Assembly (NCBI GenBank): GCA_017448545.1
Contig: JAFSLH010000025.1
Location: forward strand, 1,262-65,261
Origin: Clostridia bacterium
GTDB lineage: Bacteria; Bacillota; Clostridia; Christensenellales; CAG-138
Direction of reading: 5' to 3'
DNA length: 64,000 bases
Notes under the pieces: generated by a model
The model's database searches: none
Told to the model about the DNA's origin: nothing
The model's input: only the letters and a program-made list of their open reading frames with translations
Position numbers and translations under genes: made by a program
Shown here: positions 1-8,984 of the stretch, in pieces
Layout of the letters: each line of letters begins with the position of its first letter
How positions within the stretch are numbered: the first letter of the stretch is position 1

Positions 1-1
1 G

Positions 2-1732
2 AACAACGATTTCACCGAGGGCGTCCGCGCCGGTTCGCACCTCGAAATGCCGTCCACCGGCGGCGACGGCCCGCGCCAGCTCATGCAGGCGATTGCGGAC
101 GGCAAGATTTCCGAACAGGAAGTCGACGTGCGCGTGGATGAACTGCTCGACGTGATGCTTTCCACCCGCAAGGCGGTCGATCCGCTCAAGGGCAAGGGCT
201 TCGACAAGGAAGCGCACCATGCGTTCGCGCAGAAGGCGAGCGAAGAAAGCATCGTTCTGCTCAAGAACGAAAACAACATCCTCCCGCTGAAGAAGGGCGC
301 GAAGGTCGCGGTCATCGGCGAGTTCGCGCAGAAGGCGCGGTATCAGGGCGCGGGCAGCTCGGTCGTGAACTGCACGAAGCTCGACCACACGATGGACGTG
401 ATCAAGAACTTCGACCTCGACGTGATCGGCTTTGAACCCGGCTATCCGCGGCACGGCGCGCCGAACCCCGAGATGCAGGCGAAAGCCGTTGCGCTCGCCG
501 AGAAAGCGGACTATGTGCTGCTCTACATCGGTCTCGACGAGATCAGCGAATCCGAAGGTCTCGACCGGTCGACGCTCGCGCTGCCGCAGTGCCAGAACGA
601 AGTCGTGGACGCGATCACCGCGGTCAACAAGAACGTCATCATCGTGATGAGCGCCGGCAGCTCGGTCGAGATGCCGTGGATCGACAAGGTGCAGGGCCTC
701 GTGCACGGCTACCTCTGCGGGCAGGCGGGCGCAAGCGCGGTGCTGAAGGTCATCCTCGGCGACGTGAACCCCTCCGGCAAGCTCAGCGAAAGCTATCCTT
801 ACAAATATGAAGACTGCTCGACTTCGACCTACTTCCCGGCGAAGGAGCGCAGCGTGGAATACCGCGAGGGCCTGTACGTCGGCTATCGGTACTATGAATC
901 CGCGAAGATTCCGGTGCTGTTCCCGTTCGGCTTCGGCCTCTCCTACACGACGTTCGCCTACAGCGATCTGAAGGCCGACGACAAGCAGGTCACCTTTACG
1001 CTGACCAACACCGGCGACCGCGACGGCGCGGAAGTCGCCGAGCTGTACGTCCATGCGATCAACCCGTCCGTCTACCGTCCGGCGAAGGAACTCAAGGGCT
1101 TTGCGAAGGTCTTCCTGAAGGCCGGCGAGAGCAAGCAGGTCACGATCCCGCTCGACGACAAGGCGTTCCGGTACTGGAACAGCAAGACGAACCGGTTCGA
1201 GATCGACGGCGGCGACTATGAACTGCTCGTCGGCGCATCCGTTGCGGACATCAGGCTTTCCGCGAAGGTCGCCGTCAAGGGCACCGACGCCAAGAAATGC
1301 GAGGACAAGGCGAAGCTGAAATCGTATTACACGGCGGACATCAAGAACGTGACCGACGCGGAATTCACCGAGCTGCTGGGTCATTCGATCCCGAGCGGCA
1401 AGTGGGCCGGCAAGATCGAAGCGAACGACGCGATCGCGCAGCTCTATTACGCCAAGGCGCTCAAGGCGCGCTTCGTCTGGAAGATCATGACCGCGATGCT
1501 GAACAAGAGCATAGAAAACGGCGAGCCGGATCTGAACATCACGTTCATTTACAACATGCCCGTCCGCGCGATCGGCAAGATGGCCGGCGGTATGTGCAGC
1601 CAGGAAATGTGCGACGGTATCCTGGACCTCATCAACGGGCACGGCATCTCGTTCTGCAAGGGCCTCGGCAAGATCATCATCGGCTTTATCAAGCAGCTCG
1701 GCGTCTCCAAGAAGCAGAAGGCGCTGGAATAA
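2..1732 (+). CDS. GH3 beta-glucosidase, C-terminal part (5' truncated by window edge)
   Basis: Frame open from base 2 (NNDFTEGVRAGSHLEMP); GH3_C motifs SIVLLKN, ESEGLDR, NPSGKL, YREGLYVGYRYY, FPFGFGLSYT; Fn3-like KELKGFAKVFL. Confidence 0.93.
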   Translation, partial: NNDFTEGVRAGSHLEMPSTGGDGPRQLMQAIADGKISEQEVDVRVDELLDVMLSTRKAVDPLKGKGFDKEAHHAFAQKASEESIVLLKNENNILPLKKGAKVAVIGEFAQKARYQGAGSSVVNCTKLDHTMDVIKNFDLDVIGFEPGYPRHGAPNPEMQAKAVALAEKADYVLLYIGLDEISESEGLDRSTLALPQCQNEVVDAITAVNKNVIIVMSAGSSVEMPWIDKVQGLVHGYLCGQAGASAVLKVILGDVNPSGKLSESYPYKYEDCSTSTYFPAKERSVEYREGLYVGYRYYESAKIPVLFPFGFGLSYTTFAYSDLKADDKQVTFTLTNTGDRDGAEVAELYVHAINPSVYRPAKELKGFAKVFLKAGESKQVTIPLDDKAFRYWNSKTNRFEIDGGDYELLVGASVADIRLSAKVAVKGTDAKKCEDKAKLKSYYTADIKNVTDAEFTELLGHSIPSGKWAGKIEANDAIAQLYYAKALKARFVWKIMTAMLNKSIENGEPDLNITFIYNMPVRAIGKMAGGMCSQEMCDGILDLINGHGISFCKGLGKIIIGFIKQLGVSKKQKALE

Positions 1733-1747
1733 GAGGAGGATACGAAC

Positions 1748-1921
1748 ATGAAGAAAAGCATTAACGGAATCAATCCGATCGTTGCGATTTTGCTGACGCT
1801 CGCCATGTGCGGACTGGCGGTTCTGTTCTTCTGCACGCATCACATCTTCTGGGGCGTCGTCTTTGCGCTGATCACCGTTGACTTTGCGGCGGACGCGGTT
1901 CTGTCGTTCAAAAAGGTATAA
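1748..1921 (+). CDS. Small 57-aa membrane protein (not in ORF track)
   Basis: GAGGAGG RBS, ATG at 1748; MKKSINGINPIVAILLTLAMCGLAVLFFCTHHIFWGVVFALITVDFAADAVLSFKKV has two hydrophobic segments; fills the gap between GH3 and MFS genes. Confidence 0.75.
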   Translation: MKKSINGINPIVAILLTLAMCGLAVLFFCTHHIFWGVVFALITVDFAADAVLSFKKV

Positions 1922-1942
1922 AGGAAAACAGGAGGAAGTTCA

Positions 1943-3772
1943 ATGGAAAAAAAACAGGGTAACATTTTTGACAAGCTGAACGGCGTTTTTGATAAGCTGC
2001 CGCCGAGCCTGATCAAAAAGAACAACGTCACGCTGATCCCCGAAGCGGCGATCGGCTATCTCGTCGGGCCGACGCTCGCGCTGCTTGCGAACTCGGTACT
2101 TGCCAACTACTTCAACAAGTACATGTCCGATGTTCTGAAGATTACGGACTGGGCGCAGGGCTTCTTCACCTGGCTGCCGGTCATCTCGGTCATCTTCGTC
2201 GTGCTCGGCAACATCCTCGTCGGCCGTTTGATGGACAATATGAAGTCCAAGGCCGGCAAGGCGCGTCCGCTGCTCCTGCTCTCCCTCCCGATCAGCCTCC
2301 TCGCGCTGCTGTTCCTATTCGTATTCGCGCCGTATAACGGAGCCAATACCGACTGGCACCTCGGCATGCTGATCTGCATCGCGATCGGCTACAACCTCTG
2401 GTTCGCCTTTGCGTACCCGATGTACTACACGCCGCACGCGGGCCTCGTCAACCTCTCCACCCGTAACAGTAAGGACCGTTCGCTGCTCGCTACCGCTTCC
2501 AACGCGACGGCGCTCGCCGCGATGGGCCTTTCGAGCATGATCCTCCCGTTCTTCCTCCCGCTGCTGTTCGTCTATGACATGAGCGGCGCAGGCACGGCCG
2601 TTGCGAACGAAGCGGGCGTCGTCCAGTATTATGTGGACGCGCAGGGCGCGGTTCTGTACGACGTGCAGGCCTCCTATGACCACTGGAAGATCTTCGTCAT
2701 CGCCCTGATCGTCATCACCGCGATCGGCGCGCTCGTCGAATACTTCTTCACCCGTGAGCGCGTCACCGAAGAATCGCTGAACCTCGAAGTGCAGGAAACC
2801 AAGAAGGCGCTGTCCTTCAAGGAGCAGGCCAAGATCTGCTTCAAGGATCGCTTCTGGATCATCATGATGGTCTTCTTCTTCCTGTATCAGTTCGGCGGTA
2901 TGATCAAGAACGTGTCCCAGAACTACTTCTGCACCGCGATGTTTGCGGACGCGCAGGGCAACTACACGGTTGCTTACGGCGGACAGCTGCAGGGCATCCT
3001 CGCCATCATCGGCGCGGTTCCGACCGCCGTCGGTATGGTCATCGCGCTGCCGCTCGCCAATAAGATCGGCAAGGGCAAAGCCATTATGCTCGGCGCCGGC
3101 CTCGCCGTCGTCGGCGGCGTGATCGGCCTCATTAAGCCCGACAACTTCGTCGTCGTCGTTGTCTCCTTCGTCATCAAGGCGCTCGGTTCCACCCCGGCGA
3201 TGTACCTCTCGCTCGCCCTCTTGGCCGACATCCTCGACCACCAGGAAGCGCTGCACAGAGAGCGTACCGACGGCTTTTCGATGATGTTCTACGGCGCGAT
3301 CATGGCCGGCATGACCGGTCTGACCACCGGCGTTCTGAACGCAGTCCTCTCCGCGACCAACTATGACATCAGCACGCTGAACACGAACACCGCGATCCGC
3401 GCGGCGATGCCGTGGGTCTTCATCGGCGGCGAAACGATCTGCTACCTCGTGATCGCGATCACGTTCATCTTCATGCTCGTCGAGAAGTTCGGCAAGCTCG
3501 ACCACAAGGCGATCATTCAGGACCAGAAAGCCGTTGCGGAAGCCGAAGGCCGTCCGTTCATCTCTCCGGAGGAGAAGATCCGTCAGGAGGAAGGCGAAGA
3601 AGCGTATCAGGCGGAGCTGAAGAAGCAGGCCGACGCGGCAGCCGCCGAGGAAAAGAAGCTCGCGAAGCTCTCCCCCGAGCAGCGCAAAGCGCTCGAGGAA
3701 GCGGAAGCGAAGCTCCTCAACGAATACAACGAACTGCGCAAAGCCAACGGCAGAACGCCGATTGAAGCGTAA
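1943..3772 (+). CDS. MFS glycoside-pentoside-hexuronide (MelB/GPH-like) sugar transporter
   Basis: ~12 TM segments, GRLMD..GKARP motif, TRERV loop, charged C-terminal tail; AGGAGG RBS. Confidence 0.88.
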   Translation: MEKKQGNIFDKLNGVFDKLPPSLIKKNNVTLIPEAAIGYLVGPTLALLANSVLANYFNKYMSDVLKITDWAQGFFTWLPVISVIFVVLGNILVGRLMDNMKSKAGKARPLLLLSLPISLLALLFLFVFAPYNGANTDWHLGMLICIAIGYNLWFAFAYPMYYTPHAGLVNLSTRNSKDRSLLATASNATALAAMGLSSMILPFFLPLLFVYDMSGAGTAVANEAGVVQYYVDAQGAVLYDVQASYDHWKIFVIALIVITAIGALVEYFFTRERVTEESLNLEVQETKKALSFKEQAKICFKDRFWIIMMVFFFLYQFGGMIKNVSQNYFCTAMFADAQGNYTVAYGGQLQGILAIIGAVPTAVGMVIALPLANKIGKGKAIMLGAGLAVVGGVIGLIKPDNFVVVVVSFVIKALGSTPAMYLSLALLADILDHQEALHRERTDGFSMMFYGAIMAGMTGLTTGVLNAVLSATNYDISTLNTNTAIRAAMPWVFIGGETICYLVIAITFIFMLVEKFGKLDHKAIIQDQKAVAEAEGRPFISPEEKIRQEEGEEAYQAELKKQADAAAAEEKKLAKLSPEQRKALEEAEAKLLNEYNELRKANGRTPIEA

Positions 3773-3790
3773 CGCATAGAGACGCAACAA

Positions 3791-3823
3791 AATTGCTCCA
3801 CCGGCTGAGCCGGTGGAGCATTT
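3791..3823. terminator. Bidirectional intrinsic terminator
   Basis: TGCTCCACCGGC-TGA-GCCGGTGGAGCA perfect hairpin between convergent genes. Confidence 0.8.
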
Positions 3824-3838
3824 GTTCTGTTTCGGTTT

Positions 3839-5116
3839 TTACCGCACGCCGGTGATGGTGAGGCCGTAGAGGCGGGTTTCCTTCGGGATGACGTAGTTGT
3901 CGTACTGCTCGGTTTCGGCAGAGAATCGCATCGAAGGGATGACGTCCTGCATTCTGCCGGAAACGCTGCCGCCCGTGATGACTTCGACCTTGCCGTCGTG
4001 GTGCCAATAGCCGAGCCGGATTTCGCCCATGATATCGCCGCCGATCGAATCCACCTGGAAATCGGAGAACTCGACGAGCTCGAGATAGTCGCCGTCATGC
4101 AGCGCGTCCGCGCTCTCGCGTCCGCCGGAAACGACGAAGTTGTAGACGATCGAGCTGTCCTCGGCCCCGAGGTACTGACTCGTCTTCCGGTTGCCCCAGA
4201 CGTTTTCCGCCACGCCGTCGCGCACGAGGTACCGCTCGCGGATCAGCGCGCCTTCGCCGTCGACCGGGAACGAACGGGAGGAGTTTTCGAGCGTCGGCGT
4301 TGCAAGCAGGGAAACCCTGTCGCCCGTGGTATAGTCCGCGACCGGCTTGCCCGGCGTCCAGTCCGAAAGCTGCATGAACTGGAGCTGCGCGTTCATCCGC
4401 TCCGCAAAGTAATCATAGATCTCTGCCGCGTCGTCGGTCGAAAAGATCACGTCCGCCGTGCCGAGCTTCGGCGTCGGCTCCGCGGAGAGACGGTCCGTGC
4501 CGAAACGCATTGCCGCAGCGACGTCGCGCGTCAGCTTTTCGCGGTCGCACACGCCGGAGGTGAAGTTGCGGTAGATTTCGATCTCGTGATCGCCCTTCGC
4601 CGCGTTCACGACGACCTCGATCATCGACGACGGATACGTCACGACGCTCGTCACGCCGTTGGAGTTCTCAAACGTTTTGGTGATCTCGCGCACGAAAATC
4701 TCATAGGAATTGATGCGTTCGGTCTCGGTTTCGGGCACGGCCTGCATCGCTTCGATGAAGTCCTTCGCGATCGCCGCGACGTCCACGGGTTTCGATTCGA
4801 TCGCGGGGACCGGCTTGTCGGTCAGCGTGTACGCCGGGTTCTTCACGAACGACGCCTGATAGTACAGCGTCTCGAGCGCTTTTTTGATTTCCGCCTCGTC
4901 CGCGGTCGGGCTGATCGGGCCGGACGCGGAACCGAGCAGCTTGCCGTCCTCCATCGGACGGTACAGCGTCGCTTCGAGCTCGCGCGTTTCGACGACGCGG
5001 TTCTGATCCAGCTTGTGCCGGATGAAGTAGAATTCCCAAACGTTCTTTTTGACTTCGGTCAGCTCATAGGTGTCGCAGCCGATCTCTTTCAAAATCCTTT
5101 TTGTCTGTTCAAACAT
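3839..5116 (-). CDS. PmbA/TldE-like metalloprotease partner subunit
   Basis: Start MFEQTK overlaps tldD stop; FPVDGEG and GGSVSG motifs of TldD/PmbA C-terminal domain; lacks HExxxH. Confidence 0.8.
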   Translation of the reverse strand: MFEQTKRILKEIGCDTYELTEVKKNVWEFYFIRHKLDQNRVVETRELEATLYRPMEDGKLLGSASGPISPTADEAEIKKALETLYYQASFVKNPAYTLTDKPVPAIESKPVDVAAIAKDFIEAMQAVPETETERINSYEIFVREITKTFENSNGVTSVVTYPSSMIEVVVNAAKGDHEIEIYRNFTSGVCDREKLTRDVAAAMRFGTDRLSAEPTPKLGTADVIFSTDDAAEIYDYFAERMNAQLQFMQLSDWTPGKPVADYTTGDRVSLLATPTLENSSRSFPVDGEGALIRERYLVRDGVAENVWGNRKTSQYLGAEDSSIVYNFVVSGGRESADALHDGDYLELVEFSDFQVDSIGGDIMGEIRLGYWHHDGKVEVITGGSVSGRMQDVIPSMRFSAETEQYDNYVIPKETRLYGLTITGVR

Positions 5117-6552
5117 TATCCGAGCCTCGCTTTCGTCTTGAGATACGGGCCGCCGTCCGCGACCTTGACCCATTCCTTATAGCCCTTGCCGCAGCCGCCG
5201 TTGCCTTCGACGACGCGGTCGGTGCTTGCCATCGAGATGTTGCCGAGCAGATCCGGCACATACCCGGTCATGATCACCGGTGAAACGACCTTGCCGGTCA
5301 GCTTACCGTCCTTGATTTCGTACCCGGCGGCGACGATGCACTGGATGCCCCAATGCTTCGGGTCCTCCATGCCGCTCTGCGTGCCCGAGAGCAGGTAGCC
5401 GTGCTGCACGGACGCGATCATGTCTTCGACGGAATCCGTGCCGGAATCGAACACGGTGTTCGTCATGCGGGCGTACGCCTTATGCGCGAAGTTTTCCCGC
5501 TTGCCGTTGCCGGTCGGCTTCGTGCCGAGCCGCAGCGCCGAAAGCGCGTCCGAAATACCGGTCACCAAGATGCCGCGGTCGATCTCGGTTACGTCGCCCG
5601 CGAGCGTGCCTTCGTCGTCGAACGCATACGCGGTCACGCTCTCCTCGCACAGCGCGCCTTCGTGCATCGTCACAAGGTCGCTGCCGACGCGCTTGCCGAG
5701 GTACTGCGCGCCGAGCGCGCGCTCCTTGACGAACATATCCATTTCCACGCCGTGGCCGAACGCTTCATGCGCGATCAGGCCCGTGATGCCCGGATCGGTG
5801 ATGATCTCATACTCGCCCGGCACGATGCGCTCGGAATGCAGCAGCTCCGGCATCAGCTTTGCGACCTCGGCGAGCTTGCCTTCGAGCCCGTCGAGGATTT
5901 CCGGCCCGCCGAGGCCCGAAACGCCCTTGGAGGCGATCTTCATTTCGCCCTCCTCGTTCGGCCCGAACGCCGCGATCATGCCCTCGGTGTAGACATAGCT
6001 CTGGCGCAGGAACCGGTTCTTGCTCACGAACATTTTGGAAATGTGCGTCGAGCTCGTGCGAACCATGCAGTCGACGATCCCTTCGATCGTTTCCATGCCG
6101 CGGTCGGACAGGCCCTGCAGCAGTTCGACGAGCGATTCAATGTCCTCATCCTCGGGCAGCCGCCCGGTCTCCTTTTCCACGAACAGCTCCAGCGGTTCGT
6201 CGGGCAGCGCGCCGGTCGTATACACCGGCGTATTCGTCGCTTTCAGCACGGCAAGCTGCCGGTCGAGCGCGGTTTTGAGCTCCTGCACGGTCGCGCCGAC
6301 GTCGTCGGGATCGAACGCATTGAACGCGTACTCGCTGTACAGGCCGTCCCGGTACACGCGGACGACGGCGCCGCGTTCGGTCGTCATGGTCTCATTGGTC
6401 ACGGATTTGTTGCGCTGCGACATTCCGACGGAAAACCCGACGGAATCGGTGGACAGCAGACTGACGTAGTCATAGTCCCTGCCGAGCGCATCCACGATTT
6501 CCTGCATCTTCGGCGCAATGCCGTTGAGATAGGCGGAAAACGGTGCTTTCAT
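5116..6552 (-). CDS. tldD: TldD metalloprotease
   Basis: HEAFGHGVE, FDDEG, TGNG.RE, RMTNT, GCGK motifs; start may be 6552 or 6561. Confidence 0.9.
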   Translation of the reverse strand: MKAPFSAYLNGIAPKMQEIVDALGRDYDYVSLLSTDSVGFSVGMSQRNKSVTNETMTTERGAVVRVYRDGLYSEYAFNAFDPDDVGATVQELKTALDRQLAVLKATNTPVYTTGALPDEPLELFVEKETGRLPEDEDIESLVELLQGLSDRGMETIEGIVDCMVRTSSTHISKMFVSKNRFLRQSYVYTEGMIAAFGPNEEGEMKIASKGVSGLGGPEILDGLEGKLAEVAKLMPELLHSERIVPGEYEIITDPGITGLIAHEAFGHGVEMDMFVKERALGAQYLGKRVGSDLVTMHEGALCEESVTAYAFDDEGTLAGDVTEIDRGILVTGISDALSALRLGTKPTGNGKRENFAHKAYARMTNTVFDSGTDSVEDMIASVQHGYLLSGTQSGMEDPKHWGIQCIVAAGYEIKDGKLTGKVVSPVIMTGYVPDLLGNISMASTDRVVEGNGGCGKGYKEWVKVADGGPYLKTKARLG

Positions 6553-6614
6553 ATCGTACAAACGCCTCCTTTTTAATGGCTTACGCCGAAGAGTATATCA
6601 TAGGATGCGGAAAA

Positions 6615-6657
6615 AGAAAAGGGGTGTCCGGAAACAACTTTCCGAACACCCTGTTTG
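6615..6657. terminator. Intrinsic terminator downstream of thyA
   Basis: AAAAGGGGTGTCCGGAAA..TTTCCGAACACCC hairpin with A-run giving U-tail on minus strand. Confidence 0.6.
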
Positions 6658-6672
6658 GGATATCAATTATTG

Positions 6673-6740
6673 TGAAGACTCCGGCCCTGCAATCCTCCCG
6701 ATCGCTTCGCGATCCTCCCTCCTTTACACAAGGAGGGCTT
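6673..6740. repeat. REP-like palindromic element, family B
   Basis: CAATCCTCCCGATCGCTTCGCGATCCTCCCTCCTTTACACAAGGAGGGC; near-identical copies at 8594, 14002, and split at 20009. Confidence 0.85.
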
Positions 6741-6840
6741 TTCACGGCGCAGCCAATTCACGCGGCGAAGTCGCAATTCACGACCGCACTGCGGTCAATT
6801 CACGGCGCAGCCAATTCACGCGGCAGCGCCGCAATTCACT
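6740..6840. repeat. AATTCAC/short-hairpin tandem array, family A
   Basis: AATTCAC at 6755, 6775, 6797, 6813, 6833 separated by self-complementary 9-15 bp spacers. Confidence 0.85.
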
Positions 6841-6846
6841 CCGGCT

Positions 6847-7695
6847 TCAGATCGCGATCGGGATGTTTTTGATCTGCTCGCCGAACTGATAGCCCTCGAG
6901 CCGGACGTCCTCCGGCTTGAAGTCGTAAAAGTTTTTCACGTCGGGGTTCAGGAAGAACTTCGGCGCGGGGAACGGTTCGCGCTGAATCAGCGTTTCGATG
7001 ATCGGGATATGCCGGTCGTAGATGTGCGCGTCCGCGATCACATGCACGAACTCGCCGACCTCCATGTCGCAGACCTGCGCCAGCATGTGCACGAGCACGG
7101 CATACTGCACAACGTTCCAGTTGTTCGCCGCGAGCACATCCTGCGAGCGCTGGTTCAAAATCGCGTTCAGCACGAGCTTACCGGTCTCTTTGTTCTTCGT
7201 GCAGTTGAACGTCATGCTGTACGCGCACGGGTACAGGTTCATTTCGTGCAGATCCGCGAAGTTATAGATGTTCGTCAGAATCCGGCGGCTGTACGGATTG
7301 TTCTTCAGGTCGAAGATGACGCGGTCGACCATGTCGAACATGCCTTCCTTGTACTGATGCTTGACCGACATCTGATAGCCGTAGGCCTTGCCGATCGAGC
7401 CGTCCGGATCGGCCCATTCGTCCCAGATATGCGAATGCAGGTCGTGAATGTTGTTCGACTTTTGCTGCCAGATCCAGAGCAGCTCGTCGACCGCCGACTT
7501 GATCGCGGTGCGGCGCAGCGTCATGATCGGGAATTCCTTCCGAAGGTCGTACCGGTTCACGACCCCGAACTTCTTAACCGTATAGGCGGGCGTGCCGTCC
7601 GGCCAGACCGGGCGCACCTTCTCCCCCGTGGTATCTACGCCGTTGTCGATGATGTCCCGACACATGGCGATAAAAACTTCGTCTGCGTATGCCAT
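6847..7695 (-). CDS. thyA: Thymidylate synthase
   Basis: ELLWIW, YGYQ, PYSRR, LYPC (catalytic Cys), QRSQD, DAHIYDRH motifs. Confidence 0.97.
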   Translation of the reverse strand: MAYADEVFIAMCRDIIDNGVDTTGEKVRPVWPDGTPAYTVKKFGVVNRYDLRKEFPIMTLRRTAIKSAVDELLWIWQQKSNNIHDLHSHIWDEWADPDGSIGKAYGYQMSVKHQYKEGMFDMVDRVIFDLKNNPYSRRILTNIYNFADLHEMNLYPCAYSMTFNCTKNKETGKLVLNAILNQRSQDVLAANNWNVVQYAVLVHMLAQVCDMEVGEFVHVIADAHIYDRHIPIIETLIQREPFPAPKFFLNPDVKNFYDFKPEDVRLEGYQFGEQIKNIPIAI

Positions 7696-7714
7696 TTCGT
7701 TTCTCCGTTCGCCG

Positions 7715-7774
7715 TTATTGCTCGGTAATGCCGCTGAAGCGCTGATCGCCCCGGGTCGTGTTTTTCGAAAGCAT
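7715..7774 (-). other. 19-codon ORF upstream of thyA (leader peptide or gene remnant)
   Basis: GAGGAGG RBS then MLSKNTTRGDQRFSGITEQ*; TTGAAA-17-TATACT promoter upstream (~7807-7835, minus strand). Confidence 0.4.
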
Positions 7775-7970
7775 GTTATGATTCCTCCTCGTTTGTCTTC
7801 AGGGACAGTATATCAGTTTTACCGCCGTTTTTCAAGCGAACGCGCGAAAAAACCGGCCGATTGCGCCGGGCGGATTTGCAAAAATGCGTGACAGGACGCC
7901 GGGAATGTGCTACAATGGTACAAACCGGTTCGGGCGAACCGGCAACTACGCACAGGAGGACTGTTCATTC

Positions 7971-8576
7971 ATGGGTGTTGATTCCAAATTCCACCGTTTC
8001 CACGAAGCGGGCCAAAAGGCCAACGTGAACAACGTGGCCGCGTTCGGCGAACCGGCGCGTTCGCTGTTCACTTCCTCGAAGATCGTTTCGCTGCACCATC
8101 GCATCGAAATCACCGACGAGAACGAGCAGGTCGTTTACCGGGCGACGACGAAGTTCCCGTCCCTGCACGACAAGACCGATATCACCGACGCCTCGGGCGC
8201 GCACGTCTCGCACATTCAGAAGAAGATTTTCACGCTGCATGAGCGGCACTTCATCACGATGGCGGACGGGTTCGAATTTCAGATTTCGAACGAGCTGTTC
8301 CACCTGGTCAAGGATATCACGAACATTCCGGAGCTCGGCTGGCAGCTTCGCGGCAACATTCTCGGGCTGAACTTCGAACTGTACGACGCAAACGGCGCGA
8401 TCATCGCCGTGATCGGGCAAAAGCTGTTCTCGATCCACGACAAGTACTGCGTCGATCTCTATCAGCCGGAGCAGGAAAAGATCGTCGTGACGATCCTGAT
8501 CACGCTGCAGCACATGATTCGCGACCGCGAGAACGCCGCAGCCGCCGCTTCCTCCTCGTCCTCGTCGAGCAATTAA
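7971..8576 (+). CDS. LURP-one/Tubby C-terminal-like (scramblase-related) protein
   Basis: AGGAGG RBS at ~7955; ITDENEQVVY, GWQLRGNILGLNFELYD, DKYCVD beta-barrel pattern. Confidence 0.75.
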   Translation: MGVDSKFHRFHEAGQKANVNNVAAFGEPARSLFTSSKIVSLHHRIEITDENEQVVYRATTKFPSLHDKTDITDASGAHVSHIQKKIFTLHERHFITMADGFEFQISNELFHLVKDITNIPELGWQLRGNILGLNFELYDANGAIIAVIGQKLFSIHDKYCVDLYQPEQEKIVVTILITLQHMIRDRENAAAAASSSSSSSN

Positions 8577-8593
8577 AGACAGTGCTTACATCC

Positions 8594-8936
8594 TGAAGAA
8601 TCCGGCCCTACAATCCTCCCGTCGGGCTTCGCCCGACCTCCCTCCTTTACACAAGGAGGGCTTTGCCTCCCCTGTGTAAGGGGAGGTGGATCGGCGTTAG
8701 CCGAGACGGTAGGGTTGTACGGCGCCGCTCACATTCTTCCTTGCACATCCAACTTTACAACCCCACCCGGTGACTGCGTCATCGACCTCACCTTACACAG
8801 GGGAGGCCTTACAACCACACCGATCCGCCTGCAGCGTGCTGACAGCGGTCATCAAAGATTCTGCTTTCTCTCCCACCGGGAGCGCAGAATCTTTGTCCCC
8901 TTACACAGGGGAGGCATACGGCGAAGTCAATTCACA
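8594..8936. repeat. Composite REP/BIME-like cluster between convergent genes
   Basis: Family B copy 8594-8664, CCTCCCCTGTGTAAGGGGAGG, two CCTTACACAGGGGAGG copies, family C hairpin AAAGATTCTGC..GCAGAATCTTT, one AATTCAC unit. Confidence 0.85.
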
Positions 8937-8937
8937 G

Positions 8938-8972
8938 AAAAGAGAGTGTCCGATGGTCCGGGCACTCTCTTG
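8938..8972. terminator. Intrinsic terminator of leuS
   Basis: AAGAGAGTGTCCG..CGGGCACTCTCTT hairpin. Confidence 0.7.
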
Positions 8973-8984
8973 GTTTCCTCTGCT

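Noticed and set aside
3839-6552. TldD/PmbA as the maturation protease for the rSAM substrate
   Set aside because: 12 kb away with housekeeping genes between; widespread pair; no evidence of linkage
6740-6840. AATTCAC arrays (also 16649 and 27288) as CRISPR arrays
   Set aside because: Repeat only 7-8 bp; spacers 9-15 bp, self-complementary and reused; no cas operon
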